Below are positions 38,301 to 51,680 of a stretch of 64,000 nt of DNA, one piece after another. The stretch comes from Octopus bimaculoides. Lineage: Eukaryota. The position numbers and the translations under genes were made by a program. The DNA lies in NCBI RefSeq assembly GCF_001194135.2, contig NC_068984.1, positions 93,519,383-93,583,382 of the forward strand. Reading direction: 5' to 3'. The notes beneath the pieces are model-generated. The model searched no databases. It was not told the DNA's origin and was given only the letters and a program-made list of their open reading frames with translations. Position 1 is the stretch's first letter. Every line of letters begins with the position of its first letter.

Positions 38301-40599
38301 TTTAGATGTGTGTACATCATGTCCGTTTATAGATACACTGAAAAGTATAAAGTTATATATATACATATATATTACTAACTGTTAAAACATTAAACTTTTC
38401 ACTACCAGTAGTGATACCAACTATTTTGCTCAGGTTGATATTGACAGAAGTGTCAGTAAATTCAACACATATCTTTAAATTTCAAACAAAAGACTTTGAA
38501 TGTGATTTTTAAAATTTAATATTTACAAAATGAAAAGCATGTAAAGTAAAGCAATTAATTGGCATACATAGACAATCTTCATGGAGAAAACTAATTACAA
38601 ATTACAGATTTTATTTCTAAAGTCAGTAGAAAAATCCCTGAAATGAAAGTTACATCTTTGTAAAACACACAAACAACCTTTTACTAGCAGCAAAATGTAG
38701 AAGTTGGAGGATGATAACTGAGCCTGAAAAAGTACAAGACATGAAGTGAAAGTTTAAAAATATTGTAGCTAAAGTTAGAATTTGAATTTAATAAATACTT
38801 TGAATTCAGATGGAAGAAATTAGTTGGAAAAACATGAGGAAGGCATCTGAGCATTTTCAAATATTGAAAAGCAGACTATAAGTCTAACATATATAAATAC
38901 TTCTTCATCCACCAGATTTTATTTCATAAATATAAATTCCAAATTTCATCATAGGAGGATAGGAGGAGTTAGAATCTAAAAAGGGTGTTATACTTTTACA
39001 TTTGAATGAAGCTAAAAACTTTTTTGTTATTTCAATTCCAATTTAAGCTGCTATATTTTTAAGCTTCCACTCCCTCTTGTCCTGTACATTTTTAGATCCG
39101 GTTGATTACGAATATAACTTCTTTCTGAGCCTGCATTTTCCCCACCATCAGTCTACTCTTTTTACAGCCAAAAACTAATTGTTATTGAGACAAAACTCAA
39201 AAAGTATAAATGACAAAAAAAAAAATTTTTCCCCAAAAAATTTTTAACTATTGTAAAAATGTAAATTTTATAAATTAACAAAAAGTAAATTATATAAAAA
39301 TGCCCCTGAGAAACCCAAAACAAAGGAGGGAAATGTCAATAAAGCAGCAGAAGATAAATTAAATGATGTTAGTCAGAACGAAGTATACAGCAAATATATT
39401 TCAACTGGTTGGAGGTAAAAGGGATCTAAATATTTACATTCTTGACAAACACCTTAATTACCATGTGAATCACTTCATTGACATGGTGTAGAATAAGTGA
39501 GTTTTAAATATTTTAAATGATCTTGTGAATAGGGAGATTTATTCATTTCCTTTTCAATCCCAACAATACACTGGAGTTAGCTTTTCCCTCTTTGAGAAAT
39601 AGTACTATAATGTATCCTGAGTTACAATTGAAGTCTAAGAAATGAGCCAAGTATTAGATGTTTTTAGTCAAGAGCAAGTTGCAAGTCTATAAAAACCTGT
39701 GCAGATTATTAAGAAAAATAATGTTTTGACCTGAAGGTTTAAATAGTGTTTTCATTTTCGTTCATAGAGAAGAAACAACAATTATACAAATGCAAACTTT
39801 ATTGTTTTCTCACTAATATAACAGGTGGAGGGGTGGGCAGAAAATTTACCAAATATTTCAGTTAGACTGGTTGGAGCAAATGGGGACAAGTGTGCTAATG
39901 CACTCCAAATTTATGTGGGGCGGGTGTGATTATTCCAAAAAGCAGAGGGGGAGATGATATAAAAATGGTAATTTTGGAAAAAGTTATTTTCCAGACCTTT
40001 GGCTGTTATTTCTTGTACGTTAAACAACCACAATGAGACCTCTTTTACTTCATCTACTAGTTCAAAAGGTACCTATGCACAGACAGTGAATATTGTTATT
40101 TCAATAGCTGAGTGAGGTTGTGATTTATAAAACTAGAAATTTTGGAAAAATATTTTTTTTCAGCGATTTGCCTATGCTATCTTATCTGCATCCACATGAG
40201 GAAATAAGTAATTAATTTCAAAACTATCTAATATGTTGGTATGAGGGTGAGGTGGGTATTCTGAAAGCCTGGGAGGTGAGGAAACATTAAAAAATTGAAA
40301 AATTGAAAGTAAATTTATTTTCAGGATTGTAAATTTTTCTGTATCATTCTATGTAAAGTTCTGAGATAAAAAAAAAAAAAAAAAAAAAAAAAGAGACAAA
40401 AAAATTGTGTGAGAAGGTATTCAAATCTCTACTTTGGTTGGGTCAGGCTGTGTGTGTGTATGTGTGTGTGTGCGTGCGTGTTACATATAGGCATAACTAC
40501 AGTTTAGCACTCCAGTGATCACTGTCAAATGCGACCTATGTTTGCCTCAAAAGCTGTTTTTTTTTTCTACTCAGAAGTATGATGATTGAGAAATATCAG

Positions 40600-43500
40600 G
40601 CACTGCTCCCTGTCTGATTTGACCAATATCTTAGCAGGGCCATTTTCCTCAAGGGCTTAGTAGGTTGTTTGCTTTCCTACTTACTAGGATTTCAGTCTTT
40701 GCTGTATTATTTAAGGCCCTTTCATTCCAAGTTTTGCTTTCACATCAGGAATTCCTTTTCTAATTCTACTATAGCTTCAGCTAATATGAACAAGGTCATC
40801 TGTTGTAATCCTTAAATGTCGAACTGTTATAACACCTACTTTGGTATAGCAGTGTAGTTGTTAGGCCAGTAAAAACACGACTAATCTATGACCGTCTACT
40901 TCTTAATATCTTCCTATATTGACCTATTTATAGTGACTAGCACATACCACTAAACACGTGGGAGGGGTGTACCATTATTACTATTACCCCCATAACATCT
41001 CCCTTTTTTAAGTCTTCTTATTTTCTGAGGGAGTGTAATTTTATTTCTTTAAATAGCAATAATTTCTACAGCACCCCACCTCCCTTCTTTTGAGGGTTTT
41101 TTTTTCATAGTTACACATTTAATATTATTTTTTCATTTGGCATCCATTTCCAGGAACTTTGCACATTTTTTTCCTTACACTTGTGTGTCTGGGTTCAATC
41201 ACCTGTAGTGGCATTAGTGCTTGAAAAGTATCATATAACCATTCCATTGGTTCTTCCATTCTCTTGGGTTTGCTCTCAACAAATCTTTTTTCAGTTGGTT
41301 CATGTCTCTTGTATATGCCTTTTTTGGTTTTTACCAAGTATACCATTTTTCCTACATGTTTGGTAATCACACCATCTTCCCAACTCTGTTTTCCGTTCTT
41401 ATATGCTCTCACAAATAATTTTTTACCCATTTTGAAAAATCTTACTGTATTTTCCATTTCAATTTTTATTTTCTTGCCAGGTAGCAATTTATCGAAAACT
41501 GATTTTACTTTCCTCACAAACATCAGCTCTGCAGGTGTATTTGGATTTGGTGTCACACGGTATACTCTTAAGAATTGTTGTAGAGCTACCTCATCCATGA
41601 CTTCCTTATTCGACTTTCTAAGTGCTCTATTGACAAAGTGTTCTGCTTGTCCATTAGATCTGGGATGGTATGACACCATAGTTACATTTTACAGAACTTT
41701 TTCAATTCAAAAGACACCAATTGCGTTCCATTGTCAGACACTGTCTTGTTTGGGATGCCAAATCTTGCAAACAGCTCGTGTAAAAAGTTTGTTGCAGTTA
41801 AGGAAGTTGTTTTTTTTTTTTACACTTACAAATTTCTGGCCATTTAGAGAAACTATCAACTACCACTAAATAGGATGAACCATTTAAAGGACCAGCAAAA
41901 TTGATGTGTAGTCTTGTCCACAGATCATCTACTTTTGGCCAAGGTTCACATTTTATCATGGGTAATTTTGCCACGAATGGTACATTCTGTTGTCGCTTAA
42001 ATACAGGTGATGCACCTTGTTTCACTGCAATTTTTGCTTGTTTTCATGCAGCAGCCCAGTTCCTCTGGGCAAACATCTGGAAATAAATGTTTTACTATTC
42101 GTTTCGTTCCATCAGCTTCATTTGAACCTTTGACTGAACTGACTATATTCCTACTCCATCCACTCTGTGCCGAACAGATTAACTGTATTTTTTTAGCACA
42201 TATATTTTTGCCTTTTTCATTTGGTCACATAGTTACATTACACACAAATTCACTGACAAAATATAATCTTTAGCCCGTAACACCATGTGCAACTTTTGTA
42301 CATCTAATTAATTTCAGCTTACTGACATACTTCCAAGTTTCTTCATTTACAATGATAATATCCCTTCCAGTGCCTAACTGCATTTTTACTCTTTTCGCTT
42401 CAAATTTGACATTTACAAATTTCCTCTTCATTACATTACTATTTTCTTTCAACGACATCTTGTTTATTCTTTTTTCTTTGTTCTAACGTTTTGTCATCTT
42501 GGTTTTACAGTGCGCTTCTAAATGTCCAATTTTTCCATGTCGGAAGCATTCCACTTCCTTAAATGGGTAGTTTTTTCTCAGGTGTAGACTTCCACATGCA
42601 AAACAAGGGTTTGTCTTTGGATTTTTGTCCTGTTTGTACAGTATTTTAGTACACACTTGATTTCTATTCTGCCTATTCCACACTTGTTTCACTTGGAAGC
42701 AATCTTTGTGCTCAATTTTTCTCTGTCTTGTCTTAAATTTACTATTCTTTCACACTCTTCTGACACTTATTGTAGGGTTACAGCTTGGTTTTGTTCCAGC
42801 TTAACAAGAATGTTCTTACTTTTGTATCTGTCTCTGCAGTTAGTCCCTGAGTAAATATCAGGCACTTGAACATATCTGACGTTAATTCGTCCAGCTTGAA
42901 CTTTTCACATTCCTTGTTAACTCTACCAGCATATGTGATGTAATCTGCCTCATTGTCCTTTTCTAGGTTCAAACATTTCCAACATGTATTGAACAAAGAT
43001 TTTACACACTATGTCTATTATATCTTTAAAGTTTATGCCAGAAGGTTTTCTCAGGAGTACGCAATTGCTATAACACTCATGTTCCTGGCTGCCAGCTTTC
43101 TTAAGATTAAATGCATTCTCATACCATTATCCCAATCTTTGCACTCTTTACTTAAGATTTGTTCATATCTTCTATAGTAAGCCTTGAAGGTAACTCCTTC
43201 ATCTGGTTTATACTTAAACTCTGTTATCAAGTTCACAACATAATCTGGCGAGAACATACTTTTAACATTTTCTGCCAACTTACCCTTCATTAATTGCAGC
43301 ATTTATTGTTGTAATAGTAATTGTTGTTGTTGTTGCTTCTGCTGTTCTTCTTGTTGTTACTGTTTTTGCAACTCGAGCAAACTGGCCAACAAATTTTCAA
43401 TAACTTAATGATTTTTTTTTTCATAGAATTCACACAAAAAACTTTTCTGAGTTTTGTAACTCCTTGTGAGTTTGTTAATTTGTCACCACTGTTGTAATCC

Positions 43501-45340
43501 TTAAATGTCAGATTGTTATAATGCCTATTTTGGTATAGCAGTATAGTTGTTAGACCAGTAAAGACATGACTAATCTATGAATGTCTACTTTGAACTCTCT
43601 CCCTATACCAACCGATGTCACCTATTTATAGTGACTAGCACATACCACTTGTTACGTGGGAAGGGTGTACCATTATTACTATTATCCCCATAACATCATC
43701 AGCATAGACGAGCTCCCATGAACAACCGGTCCTAAACTCCACTGTTATGGTTTGGAGGTAGAAGATAAATACGAGGGGGCAGAGAACTGAGCCTTGATCA
43801 ATTCTTACCTGCATACTAAATTCATCACTACTCATTGTTAACTCTCACTTTATTGACAACATCATGGTACATAGCTTGAATGGTACTCAATGACCATTAA
43901 TCTACTCCTAGCTTCCACAGTGACCACTAGATGAGGAAGTGTGAAACCCTGTCAAAGGTTTTCTCCCTGTTGACAAATGGCAAGTACAGTGGTTTATATT
44001 TAGCTAAATGCTTCTCTTGTAGTTGCTTTACTAGGAAGAAAGCACCAGTAGTGCTTCTTTCTCCCTGGCACAAAACTAAGCTGCACTTCATCTAGGCAAA
44101 CTTTCTTGACCTGGTCCTGCAACTGACACCTCTAATTACTTCTGTCTACAGCATCTCCCTTACCTTTGTAATAGCTGACTATAATGTTGCTACACTAGTT
44201 GTTGGGTATGATACAACCTGAATAGCTATACAGGTTACTAGGCCATATCCCACACCACATATCCTTAATTGCTTTATCTATCAAATGGCTGTCAACTCTG
44301 ATAGCTTGTCCCTCTGTTATGTCCACATTTAGTAGCACTTCTATGCCTGATTCTTTTCAGAATTACTAAGTGAAAGTGTACCATCATCAATCCAATATTA
44401 CAATTTTCTCTGACAGACTGTCTTACAATGCTGCAAGACAGTGGCAAACCTTTTTTCTGTCTCTCCTCTTGCTAAATATATCTGTCATCTAGTTTCTCTT
44501 CTAGCTCCCAATATAATTTTCTGCTACCTCCATTCTACCAATCCTTCCAAGCCTCTTTCCAACTACTTGACTTCTCCATCACTGTGTCATAATTAGCCTG
44601 GTAGGAACTTTGCACCAACCATCACAAATTTGGTCTGTAGCCCTTAGTAACTTCCAGTTGTCCTCTGTGTTATACATCACTATCTTTTCTTCCTTCATGT
44701 TAAATGCTTCAATTAGTATGCCTCTAAATTTCTGACTATTCAATGGATCTTTAGGCTTCCAAATCTTCCATTTCCAGCCTGGTTTGTTTCTCTGAGTTCT
44801 TCTGAACATAAATCTGGAATAACTAACAACTAGGAGAGTACATTCTTCACCCAGAAGGACTTTGCATTTATAAGCATCTGTCTATCCACATTTTCTGGTA
44901 GAATGTAGTCAATCCAGCTTGTGCGGCCACCAGATTGATAACTGATCAGGTGACTGGTTGATTTCCTGAAATTAGTGTTGCAGATCATTAGGTTATTTGC
45001 ATCACAAAACACCAATAGCTTTGTTCCCTCCTCATTTCAGGTACTAAATCTATTAGAAGCCATCAGGATGCTGCTCAACATGTCCATTGGGGTCACTAGC
45101 CATGAAGACAAGGTTACTGTCATTTGTCATTGAGGTAGTGTGCAGAGGTATCATAAAATTGATCCTTTTGTTCATCTGGTCGTCCTGGGTGATGAGCATA
45201 AGCAGAAATAATAGCTACTGTCGTATTTTCCAAGACTAGACTAAGCATAATTATCCTGTTGCACACTCTTATTACCTAGATCCCTTTATTCACTTATTTC
45301 TCTGGTAACAGTATACCCACACACCCTACCTCATCAATAT
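40600..45340 (-). mobile_element. Old RTE LINE split by Gypsy element 3
   Basis: EN near 44800-45340 (NLMICNTNFRK), RT GCSWELVYADD at 43696-43730, resuming DDL... at 40800 on the other side of the LTR element. Confidence 0.82.
40801..43695 (-). mobile_element. Gypsy LTR retrotransposon 3 (Mag-like), RT/RNase H deleted
   Basis: LTRs 40801-40997 and 43490-43695 (TG...CA) and TSD TCATC. PPT at 40998-41010; PBS-like tggtgac next to the 5' LTR. Gag with double knuckle, protease remnant LGTG, and integrase LHINFAGP/VVDSFSKWPE/SNGQAE. Confidence 0.92.
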
Positions 45341-46025
45341 TGCCATCCAAGTAGATTCTATATCTTTGTTCTTTGCCTGTGAGGAATCTAAACACACATA
45401 CAATAGACACACACACTTTTATATTATCAAGCAGTATATTCCTGGTTATGGCATATAGCCAGTCAGAAAGTTACTGAAGGTTTCACACCCACTATTGCAT
45501 TTGGCAATATTGGCAACTAGACAAGCTGGCCCCAAATACATAGTCTATTTTATGCTGGAGGTGAAAATAGAGTCTTGTTTCTCTCAGTGGTGATAAAAAG
45601 TTGAATGAGAAAGGTATTGAAAGGTTACATTTACTAAGAGGGAAAGAGCAGTTGTTTTCCATGGAATAATGTAAGATGTGCCTGTTTTCCATTCTCGAGT
45701 CTGAAAGGGGGATGATCACATTGCCAAAATGAATTTTCTGTCATGAGAACTGTGATTAAATAATTTGCTTTTTGAGGCACCCAGATTATGTGACCTTGTA
45801 TTAGAATTATTCTCCTTTGGCCAAGTAAAGCTTACAATGCTTACTTTCATTCAGTATGGCTCAGGTTGTTCCAGAAGTTTCCAGTTGATTTCAGACAGTG
45901 TTCATTCCTTTCTTAAAAGTAATACATAGCTGCCTAATGTTGTAACATTGCACTTTTGTTTGGTTCTAAAAAACCTGTGGTTATTTAGCCTGACCTTAAA
46001 GAGGCCCCCCTATTGCCCCAGCATA

Positions 46026-46062
<37 letters not shown>

Positions 46063-46249
46063 GTGTGTGTGTGTACTCCTCCAGTGTTGCAGTCATTGGA
46101 CAAATTGCCAGAACTTCAGCATTTCATTCAGCTGTGTCTAGTGTCAAATAAAGTATCAAATAATGCCCCCAAAGCCTTGTGTAGAGCCAGGATGCTCATG
46201 TAGGCTTAACAGTGAGTACCCAGTGAATAGTTGATGATAGTGGTTTCAC

Positions 46250-47308
46250 AGTAACACTATGATTTATCAGCAAAAACAAAACTTTTCAAGGACTGATTAG
46301 TGAATCTAACTGATTCTCTGGAGAACTTTCTGAAATCATTTAAGGAAAGGTATGAAAGAGTTGGAATTGGATGCCTAGAACATGTTTGAAAATATAGATT
46401 ACAAAGCAATAACATGTAGGACAAAGATAAAAATCAAACATGATACAAATCCAACATCATCCTCAGAAGAAGTTGTTCTTTTTGCAAGAAAAAAGTCACA
46501 AGTGGAATTTTCACTGTCAATTTAGTTATGTGCTGCTTAACAAAAACACATGACAAGTTCAAAGTCATAGTCAACTTGTGTAGTTTACTATGTGGAGACA
46601 AGAACTGAAGCTGAGAAACTCATCAGTTTTCCTCTGTAATTTTAGTGATTGGAGTCTGAACAGCTTCTTGGCTGGCCAGCTTCATGTCAAACTGTCCAAC
46701 CCAAGTCAGCATGGAAGACAGACATTAAATAATGATGATGATGTGTTTGTTGATGAAATTTTAAAGTTTGTAACCTTTTTAATAAGCTCAGGTCATGTCA
46801 CACACCATCCCAAGGCACTTTTAATCCATGACAAAGAACTTACTAATACTTTTCCAAGTGTTGATGAAGTTCTTAGAATATATTTGAACTTGATGGCCAC
46901 TAGTTGTTCAGGTGAGAGGTTCTTTAATAAATTGAAGCTGATAAAGTATTATCTGAAAACCACAATGACCCATGAAAGACTAAATGCTCGGTAGATTTTG
47001 GATGTAGAGAGCAGTGTTTTGAAGACAATACAGTTTAAAGAATTTTCATATGCTAAGCATAGAAAGAAAGACTTTCCGTAGGCATTATATTGGTACATAG
47101 TTGTAAGGTGGTAAAACTTGCTGTACTTAGTTTAGATGATAAGATCTTTCTTTTCAGCAGATGTATTTAAATTTTGTGCAAGCTAGTCAGTTGCAGTTAC
47201 ATGCAAGAGATGGGTTTTGAGATGTAAATTTGGTGATTTGTTATGGATTTTAATAAGGGACCCACCAAACTTTGCCCCAAGCCTCCTAAAAGTTTAAATC
47301 CAGTCCTT
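46250..47308 (+). mobile_element. hAT transposon 3' remnant
   Basis: Dimerisation domain FPSVDEVLRIYLNLMATSCSGERFFNKLKLIKYYLKTTMTHERLN; right end tttaaatccagtcctt resembles hAT termini. A short RTE tail is inserted near 46655-46742. Confidence 0.78.
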
Positions 47309-47604
47309 ATTGTTCTCATGATATTTTGCTGTATACATACAAACCTTGATGAACTTTCAGACGAGTGCAGAAACATCAAACTCCTGCATTATCTAAATAA
47401 TGAATTCAAGGCTGAAATAGACATATCACTGGTATCCCCAAATGGCTGAAAAGTGCAATTATTACTAATTATATTAATAATCTCGGTAGATGATATTATT
47501 TTCTAAAGTACATTATAAACTCAAAACAAAAAGTAAGACAAATATTATTTGAATAATAAAATTATTTTTTATCTGTTAAAAATACTAAAATGCTATTTTC
47601 TTAC

Positions 47605-47793
47605 CTCAAGTAAATTACAAGACAATGTAATGCTATTTTCTTTGCTATCTGAGGAACGTCTTTTTCTGATTGCTTTTTCACTTGAATTTTGATTATTGAA
47701 GATAGGTACAATTATATTTTGTGCCCATGTACAAAACTGCTTCATTATTTCTTCCAAACTGACAATAATTCCTTCATCATTTTCAGAGTGAAC
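47605..47793 (-). CDS. NCAPG2: Host gene exon C (189 nt, phase 0-0)
   Basis: Acceptor tttcaattttag| and donor gag|gtaaga. Open frame VHSENDEGIIVSLEEIMKQFCTWAQNIIVPIF...LSCNLLE. Confidence 0.75.
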
Positions 47794-48869
47794 CTAAAAT
47801 TGAAATTTTAAAATATTTCAGCTATTTACCATATAATATTGGCATATAACACTAAATCTGAACCTTAAAAGTATTGCTTCCAAATCAGGTTATCTTAAAC
47901 ACCAAGTATAACATCTATACCTTAACATCATGTAGTTTTGAGAAGAGAAAGTTTACAAATTAAAGATAGTATCAACAGTGCAATATATTGAAAAATTGCT
48001 AAATTTTTTTATAGTTTTACACAAACTGTAAACACATTTCACGTAAATAGCAAAACTTTATTTGATACCATGTTAATTCTTATAAAATAACCAACAGCTA
48101 CATGATATTTCCAAGAGTTCTTGCCATTATTTGAAAAGAATTGGCTTAAATTTGAACAAACAAGACTATGGCCTGAAGTTATAATAATAGTCTACTGGTC
48201 AATGGGACTTTTGTTAAAGAACTACTGAAGTAGCGAACACTCAGTGATGAGTGTCAACATGTCTGTGACTACTGGAATATTGTCCTTATTATTGAGTAAA
48301 AACTTTTTTATAAATTTGATAATTGTTGATTACAAGAGTTGACTTTGGTTTAAAAATATATTAAACATGATAATAACAGGTGTATTTCCCATATGAAAAT
48401 TTTTTATAGGTTGAGCAAAAACAACCCTTGTAATCAACCATTGTGGAATATTACTGGGTTATCTAAAACAAGGTGTATAGCTTAAAGCCTACATTTTAAG
48501 CAGAAATTTTAAGGGTTGCTTAATACAATTTATACATCAACAGTAATAGTATACTTTTTACATTTGAGTTATTATAATTATTTCAAAAATAAAAGCAAGT
48601 TTTTGCTCTTTCTCTGTCCTGAAAACTTATGAATCCCATTTCAAACCCATTCCTGATTTTTTTTTTGTTTGTTTTATTCACTAGGTTTTACATCCATTTA
48701 TTCTAGCACAAGTTAGATGAATATATTGTTGAGACATTGTTTTACAGCTTCATGCCCTTCCTAACTCTTACCTGTTTTTCAAGTAAGGAATATCTTATTC
48801 GACATTGCTGAAGATAAAAAGCTAGTTGACAGAGGACAACAGCAATGTTATTTCTTGTCGCTAGGCTAT

Positions 48870-51515
48870 TTTCAGAGAACATATACTTAGCCAGAGGGGA
48901 AGCAAATAAGAAAAAAATTGCCAATGTTCTGCTCTGTGAGGACCAAAGTCTTGAAGTATTTCGTGTTGCAAGACAGTGTGTGAGAGAGAATTGTGATGTC
49001 GTAGGAGAGAAATGTCTCCGCTTGGATGATGGTTCACTTGCACTAAGCGAAGCTGCAAAAAGAGAGGTCTGCAGACGCCACTATGAAAGGCTGCTTAATA
49101 AAGAGAATGAATGGGAGGAAGAGAGTCTGCTGCATGTCGACCCAACAGAGGGACCAGCTATCCTAATTGTACCTTGGTAGATAAAGCGATCAAGAGTATG
49201 AAGACAGCGAAAGCCCTCGGCCCATCAGGAATCACTGCAGAGATGCTCAAAATATCTGGCAGTGTCGGCTATAGCCTAGTCGCCCGTATAGTTAATCAGG
49301 TGATGCAGGAAGGAGTCATACCCAATGACTGGTGTAGTAGCACCATAGTCAACTACTACAAAGTTAAAGGTGATGCTCTAGACACAAACAATTACAGAGG
49401 TATCAAGATATTGGACCAGGTAATGAAAGTCACAGAGAGGGTCATAGTCCAACAAATTAGGGAGAGAGTCAGTTTAGATGAGATGCAGTTTGGGTTCGTT
49501 CCAGGAAAAAGCACCACTGATGCTATATTTCTGGTAAGACAGCTGCAGGAGAAATACCTAGCCAAAGATAAACCTCTATACCTGGCTTTCATTAACATGG
49601 AGAAAGCCTTTGACAGNNNNNNNNNNNNNNNNNNNNNNNNNNNNNNNNNNNNNNNNNNNNNNNNNNNNCAATGAGGAAACTAGTGATAGATGAGTGGTTA
49701 GTGAGAGCTGTGCAAGCCATGTACAGAGATGCTGTCAGTAAGGTGAGGGTTGGCAACAAGTATAGTGAAGAATTCTGGGTAGAGGTAGGGGTCCACCAAG
49801 GTTCAGTCCTCAGCCCCATCCTATTTATCATAGTCCTCCAGGCAATAACAGGGGAATTCAAGACGGAATGCCCCTGGGAGCTCCTCTATGCTGTTACCTT
49901 GCACTAATTGCTGAGTCACTATCAGAACTAGAGAAGTTTCAGGTGTGGAAGCAAGGACTAGAATTGAAAGGCCTTAGAGTCAACCTAGCTAAAACCAAAG
50001 TCCTAATAAGTAGGAAGGTAGACAAAACACAAACCCCTTCAGGTAGATGGCCCTGCTCGATCTGTAGAAAAGGCGTAGGTAGAAACTCCATAAGATGTAC
50101 CCAGTGTAATCTATGGACACATAAGAGATGCAGCAATATCAACTAGCAAGATAGTTTTTGTATGTGGCAGATGCTCAGGAGCAATAAACACTGTAAATGT
50201 GCAGAAAACAACCTTTGCCACATTCCAGGGAGAAAAACTAGATGTAGTTGATAGCTTCCGTTACCTAGGTGACCAAGTTTGTAGCGGGGGAGGGTGTGCT
50301 GAAAGTGTAGCTGCTAGAATAAGAATAGCCTGGGCAAAGTTTAGAGAGCTCTTACCTCTGCTGGTGACAAGGGGCCTCTCACTCAGAGTAAAAGGCAGAC
50401 TGTATGACACATGTGTACAAACAGCCATGCTACATGGCAGTGAAACATGGGTCTTGACTGCTGAGGACATGCGTAAGCTTGCAAGAAACGAAGCCAATAT
50501 GCTCCGATGGATGTGTAATGTCAGTGTGCATACTTGTCAATGTGTAAGTACCTTGAGAGAAAAGTTAGACCTAAGAAGCATCAGTTGTGGTGTGCAAGAG
50601 AGACAATTGCGCTGGTATGGACATGTGGCAAGAATGAGGATAGCTGTGTGAAAAAGTGCGACACCCTAGCAGTTGAGGGAACCTGTGGAAGAGGTAGACC
50701 TAGGAAGACCTGGGATGAGGTGGTGAAGCATGACCTTCGAACTTTAGGCCTCACCCAGGCAATGACCAGTGACTGGGACCTTTGGAAACATGCAGTACGT
50801 GAGAAGACCCGGCAAGGCAAGTGAGAGCATAATCTGTGACCTCTACTAGAAGTGTAGCCAGCTCACTAATTCGTATCTTACTTCATTGGACACTAAAAAC
50901 CCTGCTTGCGAAGACCTGTTGAGGTAAGTGAATTTGGAATTTGAAATTTGAAATCTGAAATTGAAATCGAACCGAATCTGACGACTGGCACCCATGCCAA
51001 CCTCTCCTTCATTGGACACTAAACTCTACTTGCGAAGACCTGTTGGGGCAAGTGTAATCGTAATTAAACCATACTCGATGACCGGCACCTGTACCAGTGG
51101 AGCACTAACAGCAATGTCTGAGTGTGTTCATTGCCAGAGCACCATTTGAGCATAATCATTACCTGCGTTGCCTTCTAGCACTTGTGCTGGCGGCACATTA
51201 GAAAATCATTAAAGCGAGGTCGTTGCCAGTGCTGCTGGAATGGCTCCCGTGCAGGTGGCATGTAAAAAACACCTTTTTAAGCGTGGCCGTTGCCAGTACC
51301 GTGTGACTGGCCCTCGTGCCGGTGGCACGTAAAAGCACCCACTACACTCTCGGAGTGGTTGGCATTAGGAAGGGCAACCAGCTGTAGAAACACTGCCAGA
51401 TCAGATTGGCGCCTGGTGCAGCCTTCTGGCTTGCCAGTCCTCAGTCAAATCGTCCAACCCATGCTAGCACGGAAAGCGGACGTTAAACGACGACGATGAT
51501 GATGATGATGATGAT
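48870..51515 (+). mobile_element. 5'-truncated RTE LINE (best-preserved copy)
   Basis: Long RT frames (QFGFVPGKSTTDAIF, NMEKAFD, GVHQGSVLSP, ELLYA), PHD-like finger 50048-50174, RWYGHV, long 3' UTR and (GAT)n tail. Confidence 0.95.
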
Positions 51516-51524
51516 ATACAAACA

Positions 51525-51680
51525 TACGTATGATGGGTTACTTTCAGTTTCAGTCTGCAAAAGTCACTCAGTCTTTGGTTGGCCTGAAACTATAGCAGAA
51601 GGCACTTAACCCAAGGAGCCATATAGTGAGAAGTACCCAAAACCACATGGTTAGAAAGCAAACTTCTGAATCAGACATGC
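51525..51680 (-). mobile_element. Partial tRNA-derived SINE (5' half)
   Basis: Matches the head half of the 31836-32182 family. Confidence 0.65.

Noticed and set aside
38654-38723. Alternative 70-nt phase 0-1 exon candidate for the host gene
   Set aside because: The phase fits, but it is shorter than the gap expected from homology; 26843-26744 fits better. Kept only as a fallback.
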